Numbered from the stretch's first letter, positions 1-12,870 are shown. The stretch is 64,000 nt of DNA from Eledone cirrhosa (GCA_964016885.1 OZ024746.1:22692001-22756000); one strand, 5' to 3'. Numbers and translations: made by a program. The notes: generated by a model from the sequence alone, not told the origin.

Positions 1-31
<31 letters not shown>

Positions 32-264
32 ATATATATGTATTAAAAACAGGAGTTTATGGTTATATTACTTCCTCCTCTTACTAAAATATACAACCAC
101 TCCTGCACGCACACCTGTCCAATATCCGCACACATTTACACAAGTCATAACATGTGGCATATTAATGTAATCATGATCACACACATATGTATGTTTGTAC
201 ATGTATTTATTTCTCCCCCCCCTTTCTCTTTCTCTCTCTCTCTCTATAAAGAGAGACACACATA

Positions 265-2948
265 TAGGACGGAGACATCGTTATGCTAGCAGGAGACTTC
301 AATGGTCATGTTGGACAGCTCCAGGATGGTTACACTGGGGTACATGGTGGGCACAGTTACGGTTCAAGAAATGAAGAAGGAGTGAGACTTCTTGAATTTT
401 GTGATGCGAGTACATTGACTATTTGCAACACAAACTTCCAGAAACCTGCCAATCACCTAATAACCTACAAATCTGGTGAGCACATAAGCCAGATTGACTT
501 CCTGCTAGTTAGGCAGCGGGACAGGCAGATAGTGTCTAATACCAAGGCATACCCTGGGGAAGAATGTACCCCACAGCATAGGTTAGTTGTTAGTGATATC
601 TCAGTAAGCAAGAGATGGAATGAGACATATAGGAAGGTGTGGAGAAGAAAGGTCTGGAAGCTAAAAGACCTTTCACTAAAATACAAATTTAGGAAAGCCC
701 TTCAAGATGTATATGACGAAAAAGAAGACGATTTAGAGACGTATTACATAGATAATAACTGTAAGTTCTTACGTGACAACTTGCTGCAGGCTACTGATGA
801 AACCTGTGGCTGGAGCAGAGCTCCAACCAGACAGAGAGTGACCTGGTGGTGGAACAGCACAGTAGATAAGGCTATTAGAGACAAAAGACTAGCATGGAAG
901 GCTTGGAAAAAGGGTGGGAGTAGGGAAGAATATACAGCCACTAAGAGAGAAGCTAGACGTCAGGTGTACTTAGCACACAGGGAGGCAGAGAGTAGGAGGT
1001 TTGCCAATGTTCTGCGATGGGAAGATCAGAGGCGTGCGGTGTTCCACATTGCAAGGCAGTGTGTCAATGCAAATCAGGATGTTGTTGGAGATAAATGTGT
1101 CCGGGATGATGCCGGTGTACTTAGTGTCACGAATGACCAGAAAAAGGAGGCCTGGAAATGTCATTATGAGAGACTGATGAATGTGGAGAACGAATGGGAG
1201 AGAGAGAAATTACCCTTGGTAGATCCGACAGAGGGACCAGCTATTGAGATTGACGAATATAGGGTCCAAGAGGCGATTAGGGAAATGAAAAATGGTAAGG
1301 CGGCCGGACCATCGGGAATAGTTGCTGAGATGCTGAAGGCATCAGGGGACGTAGGCACTAAACTGGTTGCACGCATCATCAATCAGGCTATATATGGTGG
1401 TGTCATACCCAAAGACTGGTGCAGCAGTATTCTCATAAATTGCTACAAAGGTAAAGGGGATGCTTTGGAGAGGAGCAATTATAGGGGTATAAAACTGATA
1501 GATCAGGTTATGAAAGTGGCAGAAAGGATTTTAGCACAACTAATTAGAGAAAGGGTCAAACTAGATGAGATGCAGTTTGGTTTTGTGCCTGGGAAGAGTA
1601 CAACAGATGCCCTCTTCTTGGTGAGACAAATGCAAGAGAGATTCTTAGAGAAGAATAAGCCACTATACTTAGCCTTTGTTGACCTAGAGAAGGCCTTTGA
1701 TAGGGTACTCCGATCTGTCATCTGGTGGTCCCTAAGGAAGCTAGGTGTTGAGGAATGGCTTGTGAGGACAGTGCAAACTTTGTACAGAGGTACTCTCAGT
1801 AAAGTCAGGTTAGGAATGGAGTTTAGTGAGGAATTCCAGATACAAGTAGGAGTACATCAGGGTTCGGTCCTCAGCCCGCTCTTGTTCATTATAGTCCTCC
1901 AAGCCATAACAGAGGAGTTTAAGACTGGCTGTCCATGGGAACTTCTCTATGCTGACGATCTGGCTCTTATAGCAGAATCAGTAGAGGAGCTAGAGAATAA
2001 ATTCCGGCTATGGAAACAGCAGTTGGAAGCAAGAGGACCGAGAGTAAATCTAGCTAAGACAAAAGTGTTGATAAGTAGAAAAGAGGACAAAACCCTGATT
2101 CCATCAGAGAAATGGCCATGTTCGATATGCAGAAAAGGAACTGGCATAAATTCTATAAAATGCACACAATGCAGGTCCTGGGTACACAAGAGATGTAGCG
2201 GGATAGCAGGCAAACTAACAGGTAGGGAGAAATATGTATGCAGTAGATGTACAGGGAAATTAGACATTAGAAGTCGCATTGATAGACACATTTTTCAAAT
2301 GCGAGAGGGCTCTATAGAAGTGGTGGATAGCTTCCGGTACCTAGGAGATCAGATTAGCATGGGAGGAGGGTGTTCCGAGGCCATAGTATCTAGAATAAGG
2401 ACGGGTTGGAAGAAGTTTAGGGAGCTGCTTCCTCTGTTGACGAAGAAGGGTTTCTCCCTGCATACGAAAGGCCGGTTGTATGATGCCTGTGTGAGGGGCG
2501 CGATGCTGCATGGTAGTGAGACATGGGCAGCAACCGCAGAGGATATGCGACGGCTGGAGAGAAATGAGGCAAGCATGCTCCGTTGGATGTGCAGTGTAAA
2601 TGTGCGTGAACGACCCAGCATAAATGTGTTGAGAGAGAAACTGTGTCTGAGAGGGATAGAATGTAGTGTACGGGAGAGGAGACTGAGGTGGTATGGACAT
2701 GTGATGCGCATGGAGGATGACCAATGGATGAAGAAGTGCCAGGAAATGCCAGTTGAAGGAAGACGTGGTAGAGGTAGACCACGAAAAACATGGGCAGAGG
2801 TGGTGAGAACAGACCTCAGATCATTGAAGCTCACGGCGGAGATGACGAGGGACCGTGACGAGTGGAGAGATGCTGTGCTGAATAAGACACGTCCCACCCT
2901 TGCAAGCAGGGAAAAGCGGACGTAAAATGATGATGATGATGATGATGA
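265..2948 (+). mobile_element. RTE-clade non-LTR retrotransposon, 5'-truncated, young copy (RTE family 1)
   Basis: Starts mid-APE (DGDIVMLAGDFNGH), has an open ORF to 2925, and ends cccacccttgcaagcagggaaaagcggacgtaaaa+(tga)n, an RTE-type short-repeat tail. Confidence 0.95.
283..2925 (+). CDS. RTE polyprotein (C-terminal half of APE endonuclease, reverse transcriptase, PHD-like zinc finger); N-terminus missing
   Basis: Motifs GDFN, IDF, AFVDLEKAFD, GVHQGSVLSPLLF, YADD, FRYLG, RLRWYGHV, RGRGRPRKTW; C4HC3 pattern at 2113-2250; no stops in 880 codons. Confidence 0.93.
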   Translation: MLAGDFNGHVGQLQDGYTGVHGGHSYGSRNEEGVRLLEFCDASTLTICNTNFQKPANHLITYKSGEHISQIDFLLVRQRDRQIVSNTKAYPGEECTPQHRLVVSDISVSKRWNETYRKVWRRKVWKLKDLSLKYKFRKALQDVYDEKEDDLETYYIDNNCKFLRDNLLQATDETCGWSRAPTRQRVTWWWNSTVDKAIRDKRLAWKAWKKGGSREEYTATKREARRQVYLAHREAESRRFANVLRWEDQRRAVFHIARQCVNANQDVVGDKCVRDDAGVLSVTNDQKKEAWKCHYERLMNVENEWEREKLPLVDPTEGPAIEIDEYRVQEAIREMKNGKAAGPSGIVAEMLKASGDVGTKLVARIINQAIYGGVIPKDWCSSILINCYKGKGDALERSNYRGIKLIDQVMKVAERILAQLIRERVKLDEMQFGFVPGKSTTDALFLVRQMQERFLEKNKPLYLAFVDLEKAFDRVLRSVIWWSLRKLGVEEWLVRTVQTLYRGTLSKVRLGMEFSEEFQIQVGVHQGSVLSPLLFIIVLQAITEEFKTGCPWELLYADDLALIAESVEELENKFRLWKQQLEARGPRVNLAKTKVLISRKEDKTLIPSEKWPCSICRKGTGINSIKCTQCRSWVHKRCSGIAGKLTGREKYVCSRCTGKLDIRSRIDRHIFQMREGSIEVVDSFRYLGDQISMGGGCSEAIVSRIRTGWKKFRELLPLLTKKGFSLHTKGRLYDACVRGAMLHGSETWAATAEDMRRLERNEASMLRWMCSVNVRERPSINVLREKLCLRGIECSVRERRLRWYGHVMRMEDDQWMKKCQEMPVEGRRGRGRPRKTWAEVVRTDLRSLKLTAEMTRDRDEWRDAVLNKTRPTLASREKRT

Positions 2949-3136
2949 TATATATGTGTCTCTTTATATAATAAATATATGTGTGTATATATATACACAA
3001 ACAAACATATATATGTTTGTATATTATATGTATACACAAATATATTTATTATATAAATATATGTCTCTTTATATAATAAATATATTTGTGTATACATATA
3101 ATATACAAACATATATATATGTTTGTTTGTGTGTAT

Positions 3137-3181
<45 letters not shown>

Positions 3182-3339
3182 AACAAACATATATATATGT
3201 TTGTATATTATATGTATACACAAATATATTTATTATATAAAGAGAGACACATATATATATATATATATATACCCATGCTAGTGTGGAAGATGGACGTTAA
3301 ACGATGATGATGATGATATATATATATATATATGTTTGT

Positions 3340-3477
3340 GTCCAGAAATAGCCGTCGAAACGGCTTGAGCTCTGCCGTCGGGGTCATACATTTTCCTATT
3401 ACCCACTCTACTACCCTAAGTATTGAGTACTCTGGTGCGTTATGGTCCATCTGGTCCCTTACCACATCTCCTTTGTT
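3340..3477 (+). mobile_element. Short (TA)n-associated element, family A copy 1 (putative Penelope-like pLTR derivative with hammerhead 3' half)
   Basis: Homologous to 21172-21375, 35061-35253 and 37450-37600; contains gtcGAAACGGC-ttgagctct-GCCGTCgggg. Confidence 0.6.
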
Positions 3478-3481
3478 ATAT

Positions 3482-3814
3482 ATCATCATCATCATCATCA
3501 CTTTACGTTCACTTTTCCCTGCTTGCAAGGGTGGGATGGGAACTGATTCTGGCATCATTTCTACAGCTGGATGCCCTTCCTAACACCAACCTCATTTACA
3601 GTGAGTGCTGGGTGCTTTTTTGCCATGGCACCTGCACGACCACTTTGCAGTGGAATGATAGGGACCCCAGTCCCTATCATCTCATTTCTACAGCTGAGTA
3701 AACTGGAGCAATGTGAAATAAAGTGTCTTGCTCAAGGAAATAACACGTCACCCGGTTTGAGGATTGAACTCACGACCTTTCGATTGCAAGGCCAATGCTC
3801 TAACCACTAAGCCA
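3482..3814 (-). mobile_element. tRNA-derived SINE with CORE-like body and RTE-derived 3' tail
   Basis: Reverse complement of 22078-22413; A/B boxes tggcttagtgg / gagttcaatcc; tail matches the RTE 3' end with (gat)n. Confidence 0.85.
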
Positions 3815-3910
3815 TATATATATATATGTATATATATATACACATGTATATATATGTATATATATATATATATGTATATATATATACATATATGTATATA
3901 TATATGTATA

Positions 3911-4238
3911 TCATCATCATCATCATCATCATCGTTTAACGTCCATCTTCCACGCTTGCATGGGTTTGGACGGGAATTTTCCCACTTGAGTAAAGATTGG
4001 TTGTCTTGCTCGCATAGGACTGTCTGGCGGGTTTTCTACGGCTGGGTACCCTTCCTAACACCAACCATGTTTACAGTGTGGACTGGGAGGTTTTTACTGT
4101 GTTACATACACAACCACATTACAGCGTGAACTGTGTGTTTTTTTGTCGTGACACCTACACGACCTCATTTGTTTCGGACTGGATGTTGTGGTACCAACAT
4201 AACTTTACATTGAAAGGGGTGGTGTGGGTGTAGTGGGG
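3911..4238 (-). mobile_element. RTE family 2-like 3' UTR fragment
   Basis: Reverse complement similar to 12020-12305 (gttggtgttaggaaggg..., acccatgcaagcgtggaagatggacgttaaacgatgat). Confidence 0.7.
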
Positions 4239-5350
4239 CGATGTGCAAACACGCGCTCAGGCTGCAGCATCTCTACGTATTCCTCACCGGACAACCGGTG
4301 TGGGCACCGTTCGTGAAGCGAGCCTTCCCACGACTCGTCTCGCTGACCGGGCTGCAGTCCTGGGTCAAGCAAAGACTGAGGAAAATGGGCGACTGGCACA
4401 TCGAATGTGCTCAGGCGCTCACAGTCCTCTGGCAAATGGACCCGGCAATCAGTGGAGACGCCACTTCGTCATTCTATAGAGGGTTGGTCCGCGGCAAGTG
4501 CAACGACGCGCTCAGAGAAACTCTGGGCATAGACAATGACGAACTGGCCAGTCTGTTTGGTAGGACCTTCCGCCCGGGACCAATGGACAACTTCCAAAAG
4601 TTCCTGGCCTAGCAGTGCTACCGAGGAGCTCTACCAGTTTGAGACAAGCTCTACAGACACGGGAACCCGGGCAGGGACCCTTCGAAAAAGGTCTGTCCGA
4701 GATGCGTGCGAGACGAGGTAACCCTTGCGCATGCATTTTTACACTGCCCGGGTGTTACCGAACTGTGGGGCTATGTAGAACGACTATTGTCGCGAGTGGG
4801 ATCAATCCAGTTGACCACCGAGTCCATTGTCATGATCAAACCGCCACCCTCCTTCAAAAACGAGGGAGAGGCGGTTTTCCTATGTGTTATGGCCATGGTG
4901 AAAGAGATTATATGGTGGACGAGGTTAATAGGGCTGAGCTCAGACACCTTTCTCTCCGGCGAACAACTGATTCATTTTTTCAAATATCATTTTGGAAGAA
5001 GAATCAGGATGGAGAGAGAGGTGCTGTACCCCAGCAAATTTTATAAAAAATGGGTGAATGTGGCAAAGATGGCCCAAGTGGTTGGGCCTTCTCTCTATAT
5101 AAGCCTGTTGGTTGAGGAAAAAGAAAAAAAAGGAAGAGAGGAGGGGAGTACTCGCTCTTGGTGCTCCTGGCGATGAGGGTTGTACATTTTTTGGGGGTGT
5201 GTACAACCCTGTTAACGCCTCCCCCCTATTGGGGATTTCAATTGTTATTTGTTATTTTTATTAATAGTTTTATTTTCATATACCTATATGTAAACTCCCC
5301 ATTTGTATTTGTCCCCTTCTTTTGTGCCCTTGTGGCTAATAAAGAAATTT
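4239..5350 (+). mobile_element. Tx1/L1-like LINE 3' fragment (ORF2 C-terminus with CCHC finger, in-frame stops) plus 3' UTR
   Basis: ORFs 4241-4612 and 4706-5176 share a frame across two stops; CPRC...TLAHAFLHCPGVTELW zf-RVT-like motif; ends ctaataaagaaa followed by (tatc)n. Confidence 0.8.
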
Positions 5351-5844
5351 ATCTATCTTCGGTCAATAAAAAGAATGACATCTATCTGTCTATCTATCTA
5401 CCCACCTACCTATCTACCTATTTGTTTATCTAACTATCCGTATCCAACATTTTATCTATCAACTTATCTATCTATATATACTTGCCTATGTATCTATCTT
5501 TGGATAAGAAAAACAATAACAACAACAAAGTAAGTCACAAAGCAGCAGTCACAAAATAGATAGATAGATAGAACATTGTAATTTAGAGGTTATATGTTTG
5601 ATAATGATTAAATTGTAATCAATTTAAATGAATGTAAGATGAAATACAGTGATGTGATGAATGATGTGACAAGCGGGAGAAGGTGAAGGAAATTGAGGAT
5701 TCACATATCTTTATATAGGATTTTGTAATCAAGGAATTATTCAATTAATTTTTGACGGGTACTATGCTAGTACACACACACACATGCACACACACACACA
5801 CACACAGGGAAAATGGATGTTAAATGATGATAAATTTTTTTTTA

Positions 5845-6095
5845 TCCATCAACAATATCCCAGATCTCACTTGCTTACTGCATGGAGTGGAGCTTGTCAA
5901 ATCAGACCAATGAAACAATGTTTCCATTTGTCTTTCCATTGCTAATATTATCTACTGGCCGCAATTCCTGGTAGAAAGAGCAATGTAAAATAAATTGTCT
6001 TGTTGAAGGACATAACGCATCACTCGGTCCAGAAATTGAATTCGCAATCTCACAATTGTGAATCTAATTCTCTAACCACTAAGCCATCCTCCTTC
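5845..6095 (-). mobile_element. tRNA/CORE-like SINE, second tail type; related copies at 20455-20700(-), 27998-28240(+), 46430-46642(+)
   Basis: Shared head ggcttagtggttagagaatt and body gaccagtagatagtattagcaatggaaagac. Confidence 0.65.
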
Positions 6096-9000
6096 CCTAA
6101 AGTTCTCAATTAAAAATAAAAATAAAGTAAAATCTAAATATTTAATTTACTGGGTGATAGCTAAGTTAATATATGAAGTCACAGCAAGATTGTCAAATAT
6201 TGTACATGATTGCGACCATAATTATCATAATCTATTTCACTAATTAGTGATTTTGCCAGTTGCTAATAAGACTTGCTATATTATTACATTTTTGTTTTAA
6301 TGTTTTGGTAAATATTTTCGAATTCCCTGACAAATTTGAAATTAATTTCTCTTTAAGTCTTCCGCAACTTTAAAATTCTCTTTGTATATGGTATTTATTC
6401 TAATTGCAACACAAATTAATTACAAAATGATATTGAATTAATTAATACGATGCTATTTTAAATGATAATCTAGTTTCTATTGAACAATTATTAAAGTTGA
6501 TTAGTAAACACGAGGATGTTCCAATGGTAGATGGGAAGATCAGGTCCTAAATAGTCAGATCCTAAATAGGCTCAATATCCAATCTTGGGTAGAACTCTAT
6601 GCTATCATATAGTATGGTCTAATAACTCCTGATGATGTTGTAGGGACACCATAGTGGCATATGGCATTTCCAGGGCAATATTTTAAACCTGGCAGAACCC
6701 ATCTTCTCTACAGGTCTGAATACAACAGATTTCTTCCAGAGAAGGATAGAGAGTAAGAGAACGGAAGTCAGAAACAGATATAGAGAAAGAATTGACTCTA
6801 GTTCCAGACTGGTACTTTTTTATCGACCTCAAATGGATACCAACAATAGCTGGGGTTTTAACCATGAGATGGAACTGGTACATGAACATAAGACAGGCCT
6901 ATCTTGATAACATTATGCACAGCAACATTTCTCCATGTCAACATTTTAAGTTAAAAAGATGAAGCCAAAATTTTTTTTTTTAAGTATTGTAAAATAAAAG
7001 AAGTAATTTCTTCTACTCATTGTTCGGTCTGGAATTTGTCAGCTTGTGCCACAGATTTAGATCCGAGTGAATATTACATGTATTGAAGGTAATGTTCCGA
7101 GATATTTCTAGTTGGTTTGAAATGGAATAGATGGTCCTGATAGTTTCTGGAATATATATTTATATATGTGCATACACACATATACATACGTGCGCACACA
7201 CACACACACACACACTCAGAAAGATGCTGAATCAAAAGTAATTTTTGAAGCCATATTCAGCACAAGCCATTAATGTACGCACATAAATATATATATACAC
7301 ACATATATATTCATCATAGGATATTGATATATACACCCCCTACACACATACACATGCATATGTGCTGTATATTGCTTCCACAATTGCTTTTAATTTATTA
7401 CATTTCTGTATTTCCCACTTTATAAATTAGAGATGCAAATAATAATATTTGTTCTACATTTCAGGCATGGGTTATGTGGTTAAGGAGCGTATTTCACAGC
7501 CATGTGGTTTTGGACTCAGTCGTGGTGAGTGGCACCAAGGGTGTCTTCTACAAATGCCTGGTGAGTGAAATAGTTGAACAGAAACTGTTGAAGCCTATCT
7601 TCAATATCGTCATCATCATCACCAACACCACTATTTAATGTCTATTTTCCATTCTTCATACTTATATGTGTTAAGTGTGCTATAATGTCACATGACCAGA
7701 CAGGTCAGCTGACCATATCTTACTCATATACTCCATTGTGTTCTAAGTTTGCCCTTCTTACCTAACACCAAGTGTGAAGTGGGAGCTTTTGCACAGCACC
7801 AGCACTACAACGTTATAGAGTGGACTGGGTGCTTTTTGTTATAGAACCAGCACTACCAGCTTACAGAGTGGACTGCAGGGTTTCTTTTTATGTGAAAGCC
7901 TAATCATAAAATCAAATATAACGAATGCATTGCTAAAAATATTTATGATATTGATCATATTGATCAAATTTATTGATAAATGTGAAAATCTGTCCACGAT
8001 AAACATAAAATGGTAATAATGGACTTCAGAATTATGGAAATTGGTTTTTAATAGTATTCTCAGTATTCCTGAATTAATTACAAACATTGTTTTATAACAA
8101 CATTTTTTATAATTATATATACTGTGCAAACTCATGTATAAGACGCTTTTATTTGCATTTTACATACAACATTTTATTATATACATTATATTTTAAATTG
8201 AGGTTTTATAAGTTTATTAGATAAGTTTGCATGCCGGTTTATCACATCAAAATTAGATGTTTTGATGAACTGAAATGGAGTACAATATCTGGTCTCAAGC
8301 AACTCTTCCTGAAACACTTACTTGCGGTAAGGGAAGAAGGTTCTTCTCTGAAGACCCTCTGTCTGGCTCTTCTGAGAGTTTTTTTTACTACTCACATAGT
8401 TTCCTATGGAAAAAGACGGAACTTGTATGTGAGTATTTAGTGGGTGTGAGTTGATTGTTTGGTGGTTGTTTGCTTGTTTGGTTCATATAATTCAATCATC
8501 TCATACCATTTCTCTTCACTGGTTTTATTCACATCATCATTTGCAATCCTTTATTTGCATTCCTCTCTCTGCACCACTCATCCACTGGATTATTCTTTTA
8601 TCATCAGCCATTTCTGTTGTTCTACGTACATTACCTATGTCTTTCTCCCACGCATGCAGCATACACATTCCTCTTCAGTTTCAGTGACCCCCCCCCCCTC
8701 CTTAGCACACCACTCAGTTCTGATTGAAAGAAGAAGATTCACCCTTTTATTACTAGACCATGTGACTAAAAGAGTGAATCTTCTTCTTTTAATCAGAGTT
8801 CTAATTGTAGTTATCTTGTCTTTAAGTTATGCAGTAAGGGCAGTGGATGGGCAGCATCAGTAGATCGTTGGACAACATGCTTTGCAGCATATAGCTACAG
8901 CCCTTTACATTTTGAGTTCAAATTTCTCCAAGGTAAGCTTTGCCTTTCATCCTTACAGGGTCAATAAAATAAACACCAGTAATGTACTGGGGTCAATATA

Positions 9001-9737
9001 ATCGACTTTTCCTTCCCTCAAATTTGTGGTGGCTAATTAAACTAATTAAATATTATTAAAGATTAAAATCTTATTGATCAACAGATTTATTTTTTACCGG
9101 TTTTAATCTCACTACAAAATTAATGCCTCCATTATAAATAAAGTAAATTTGTGGGTATTAAATTATTTAAATCTGTGTCAGGATAAAAGTAAATAATCTT
9201 TCTCAAGAAGATTAAAGTGATTGACCAGTGACTATTTATTTTATAACAGCTAATATAAACTTCATTGTAAAATTAATACCATAATTGGTGACCCTTAAGC
9301 ATCGACACGTAACAAGTGGATTGGATGTATTTTGCGACTGAATATTTCCGGCCATTAATGCTTTCATTATTGAATACTTTTGTTTTGTTTGTGTTTTTAT
9401 TGTAGTCTGAGAAAAGTAAACTCATTAATGTTTTAAATCAGGAGTTTTGAATTTCATTTTGATAATGAATAATATCATAAAAGATTATTATTATGAATAA
9501 ATAACCCATGCTAGCGTGGAAAACGGACGTTAAACGAAGATGATGATGATGGTGATGAAATAAATAAGGAAATAAAGAAAGAAATCATTATTATTATTAT
9601 TAGATTTTATCCTCATCAGAGTATGTGACAGATGAATAAATAACCCATGCTAGTGTGGAAAACGGACGTTAAACGAAGATGATGATGATGATGAAATAAA
9701 TAAATAAATAAATAAAGAAATCATTATTATTATTATT

Positions 9738-12305
9738 AGATTTTATCCTCATCAGAGTATGTGACAGATGGACGGTCGTAAACACAAAAGCCTTCCCTAG
9801 TGAGGAATGTACCTGCCAACATAGCTTAGTTGTCGGCGACCTCACGGTCAGAACTAGACGAACCTGGAAACAGAAGCCAACCTGGAGATGAAAGATCTGG
9901 AAGCTGAAAGACCCCTCAGCCAGTAACAGATTTAAAAATATTTTACTCAACACCTATGACAGTAAAGAAGAACAGATACAGACATTCAATGTAGAAGGGC
10001 ACTGGGAGTTCCTAAAAAATAACTTACTAAAGGTGACGGATGAGATCTGTGGCTGGAGTAAGACCACAGGCAGGAGGAGAGTGACTTGGTGATGGAACAA
10101 TAAGGTAGATGAGGCAGTTAAGGCCAAGAGACAGGCATGGAAAGAATGGAAGAACGGGGGAAGCAGGGTACATTACATAGAGACCAGGAGGGAAGCTAGG
10201 CGACAAGTATACTTAGCTAGAAGGGACGCAGAGGATAGAAAATTCAAGCATGTTTTGCAGCATGAGGACCAGAAAGAGGAGGTGTTCAAGATTGTGAGGC
10301 AGTGTGTCAGAGAGAATTGTGATGTCATTGGAGAGAAGTGTATCCGGAATGATAAAGGTGAGCTTGCCCTCACAAGTGCTGAGAAGAAAGATGCGTGGAA
10401 GAGCCATTATGATAGATTACTAAATGAGGAGAATGTATGGGAAGAAAAGACCCTACCCAAAGTAGGCCCTATAGAGGGGCCAGCAGTACAAGTCAGCAGC
10501 AGCGTAGTAAGTAAGGCAATCAAATATATGAAGACGGGGAAGGCAACCGGTCCATCGGGTATAGCAGCCGAGATGCTGAAGGCATCTGAGTTGGTAGCTC
10601 ACACCATAACCACACGTATTGTTAACCAGGTAATACTAGAAGGTGTCATACCAAAGGACTGGTGCAGTAGCATCATTGTCAACTGCTGCAAGGGTAAAGG
10701 TGATGCACTAGATAGAGGAAACTCTGATGGACCAGGTCATGAAAGTAACAGAAAGAATTATAACACAGTTGATTAGGGACTGGGTGAAGAGGCACGACTG
10801 ATGCCCTCTTCCTTGTGAGGCAGTTACAGGAAAAGTACCTAGCTAAAAGTAAGCCACTCTACTTGGCATTTGTCAATCTCGAGAAAGCCTTTGACAGAGT
10901 TCCCTGTGCTATAACCTGGTGGGCTCTTAGAAAACTAGGAGTAGATGAATGGCTTGTGAAAGCTGTACAAGCCATGTATAAGGGAGCAGTCAGCAAAGTT
11001 AGGATTAGCAATGAGTATAGTGAGGAATTTAGCGTACAGGTCGGTGTCCACCAGGGCTCTGTTCTTAGCCCTCTCCTGTTCATCATAGTCCTGCAGGCAC
11101 TAACGGAGGAGTTTAAGACCGGATGCCCATGGGAACTCCTGTATGCAGATGACCTTGCACTAAGGGTAGATGAGAAAACAGAACCCAGATCCCCTTAGTG
11201 AAATGGCCTTGCTCAGTATGTAGGAAAGGTGTAGGTAGGAAATCCATTCTCTACCCCAAATACAAACAATGAGTACACAAGAGATGTAGCGGGATCTCAG
11301 GAAGCTTAACTAAGAATGTAGGCTTCACATGTAGCAGCTGTACTGGGACAGCAAGCAGCAAACAGTCACAGGAAACAAGTACCACCAAACTCTGCGAGGG
11401 CTCTGTAGAAACAGTAGACAGCTTCTGCTACCTAGGTGACCGAATTAGCAGTGGAGGTCGGTGTTCGGAAAGTACAATAACTAGGGTAAGAACGGGATGG
11501 AAGAAGTTCAGGGAGCCACTGCTAGCTGCAAAAGGCATCTCCCTCAAAATGAAAGGCAGACTGTATGATGCATGTATACGAACGGCAATGTTACATGGTA
11601 GTGAGACCTGGGCGCTGTCTGTAGAAGACTTGCGTAGATTAGAAAGAAACGAAGCCTGCATGCTCTGATGGATGTGTAATAGTAATATACGCGAATGGCA
11701 AAGCATAAATAAATTGAGAGAGAGACTGAGCATAAGAGGAATCAAATGCTGTGTGCAGGAGAGGCGGTTGCGTTGGTATGGACATGTGATGCGTATGAAG
11801 GATGACAGCTGCATAAAAAGGTGCAGAGCAGTAGAAGTCGATGGAAACCGCGGAGTGGGGAGACCCAAGATGATCTGGGATGAGGTGATAAAAGCCGACC
11901 TTACCCAATTATACCTCTCAAAGGCGATGACACACGACCGTGACCTCTGGCGTCACGCAGTAATACAGAAGACCCGACCCCCCAAGGGTACAAGCCAAAG
12001 CTGAAGCATAGAGACAATATGCCCCCACACCCTCCCACTGCAAAGTGGTCGTGGAGGTGCCACGGCAAAAAAGCACCCAGCCCACACTGTAAAGTGGACG
12101 TGTAGGCGGCACGGAAAAAAAGCACCCAGCACTCACTGTAAATGAGGTTGGTGTTAGGAAGGGCATCCAGCTGTAGAAATCAAGCCAGAATCAGTTCCCA
12201 TATGGGCAAGACAAGGTCAGCTGACCGGACACTGCTCACAACAGGACAACCCGTCTAACCCATGCTAGCGTGGAAGAACGGACGTAGAACGGTGATGATG
12301 ATGAT
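9738..12305 (+). pseudogene. Decayed RTE-clade LINE (RTE family 2), 5'-truncated, with stops, deletions and a ~300-bp 3' UTR
   Basis: Collinear with the 283-2925 protein (DFILIR..NTKAFPSEEC, LEKAFDRVP, YADD, degenerate PHD ~11203-11341, RLRWYGHV); ends acccatgctagcgtggaagaacggacgtagaacggt(gat)n. Confidence 0.93.
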
Positions 12306-12314
12306 TACTATCAA

Positions 12315-12870
12315 AAGGTGGTGGCATTAAGTTATGACTCTTTACATTTTGATTTCAAATCGCACCAAGGTTAGCTTTGCCTTTCATCCTTACGGGGTTG
12401 ATAAAATAAAGTACCAGTAACACACTGGGGTTGATTTAATTGACTTTCCCCTCCCCCAAAATTATTGTCTTGTGCCTATATAAGAAACCATTATTATGTA
12501 AGGCGGGATTGGCAGTATCGGTAGACGCATAGAGTTACGGCCCTTGCCATTCTGAGTTCAAATCCCGCCAATCCTGCCTTTTATCCTTATGGGGTCGATA
12601 AAATAAAGTACCAGTAATACACTGAGTAATTGCTGGCCTTGTGCCAAAAAGTAGAAACAATTATTATGAAAGGGTGGTGGATTGTCACTATCAGTAGAAC
12701 ATTGGACAATATGCTTTGTGACATAGAGTTACGGCCCTTTACATTCTGAATTAAAATCCTGCCTTATGGGGTCGATAAAATAAAGTACCAGTAATGCACT
12801 GGGGTCGATTTAAGCAACTTACCCCTCCACCAAATTGTTGGCCTTGTGCCTAAACCAGAAACCATTATTG
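12315..12870 (+). mobile_element. Three tandem tRNA-derived SINE copies (Meta/MESC-like central domain)
   Basis: Repeated gagttcaaatcccgcc...gcctttcatccttacggggtcgataaaataaagtaccag...ggccttgtgcc...agaaaccattatt. Confidence 0.8.

Noticed and set aside
465-2897. Minus-strand ORFs over the RTE
   Set aside because: Antisense shadows of the LINE ORF with no independent motifs
6625-6680. CTGATGA as a hammerhead core
   Set aside because: No properly placed GAAA, and other copies of this SINE tail read ctgatgga
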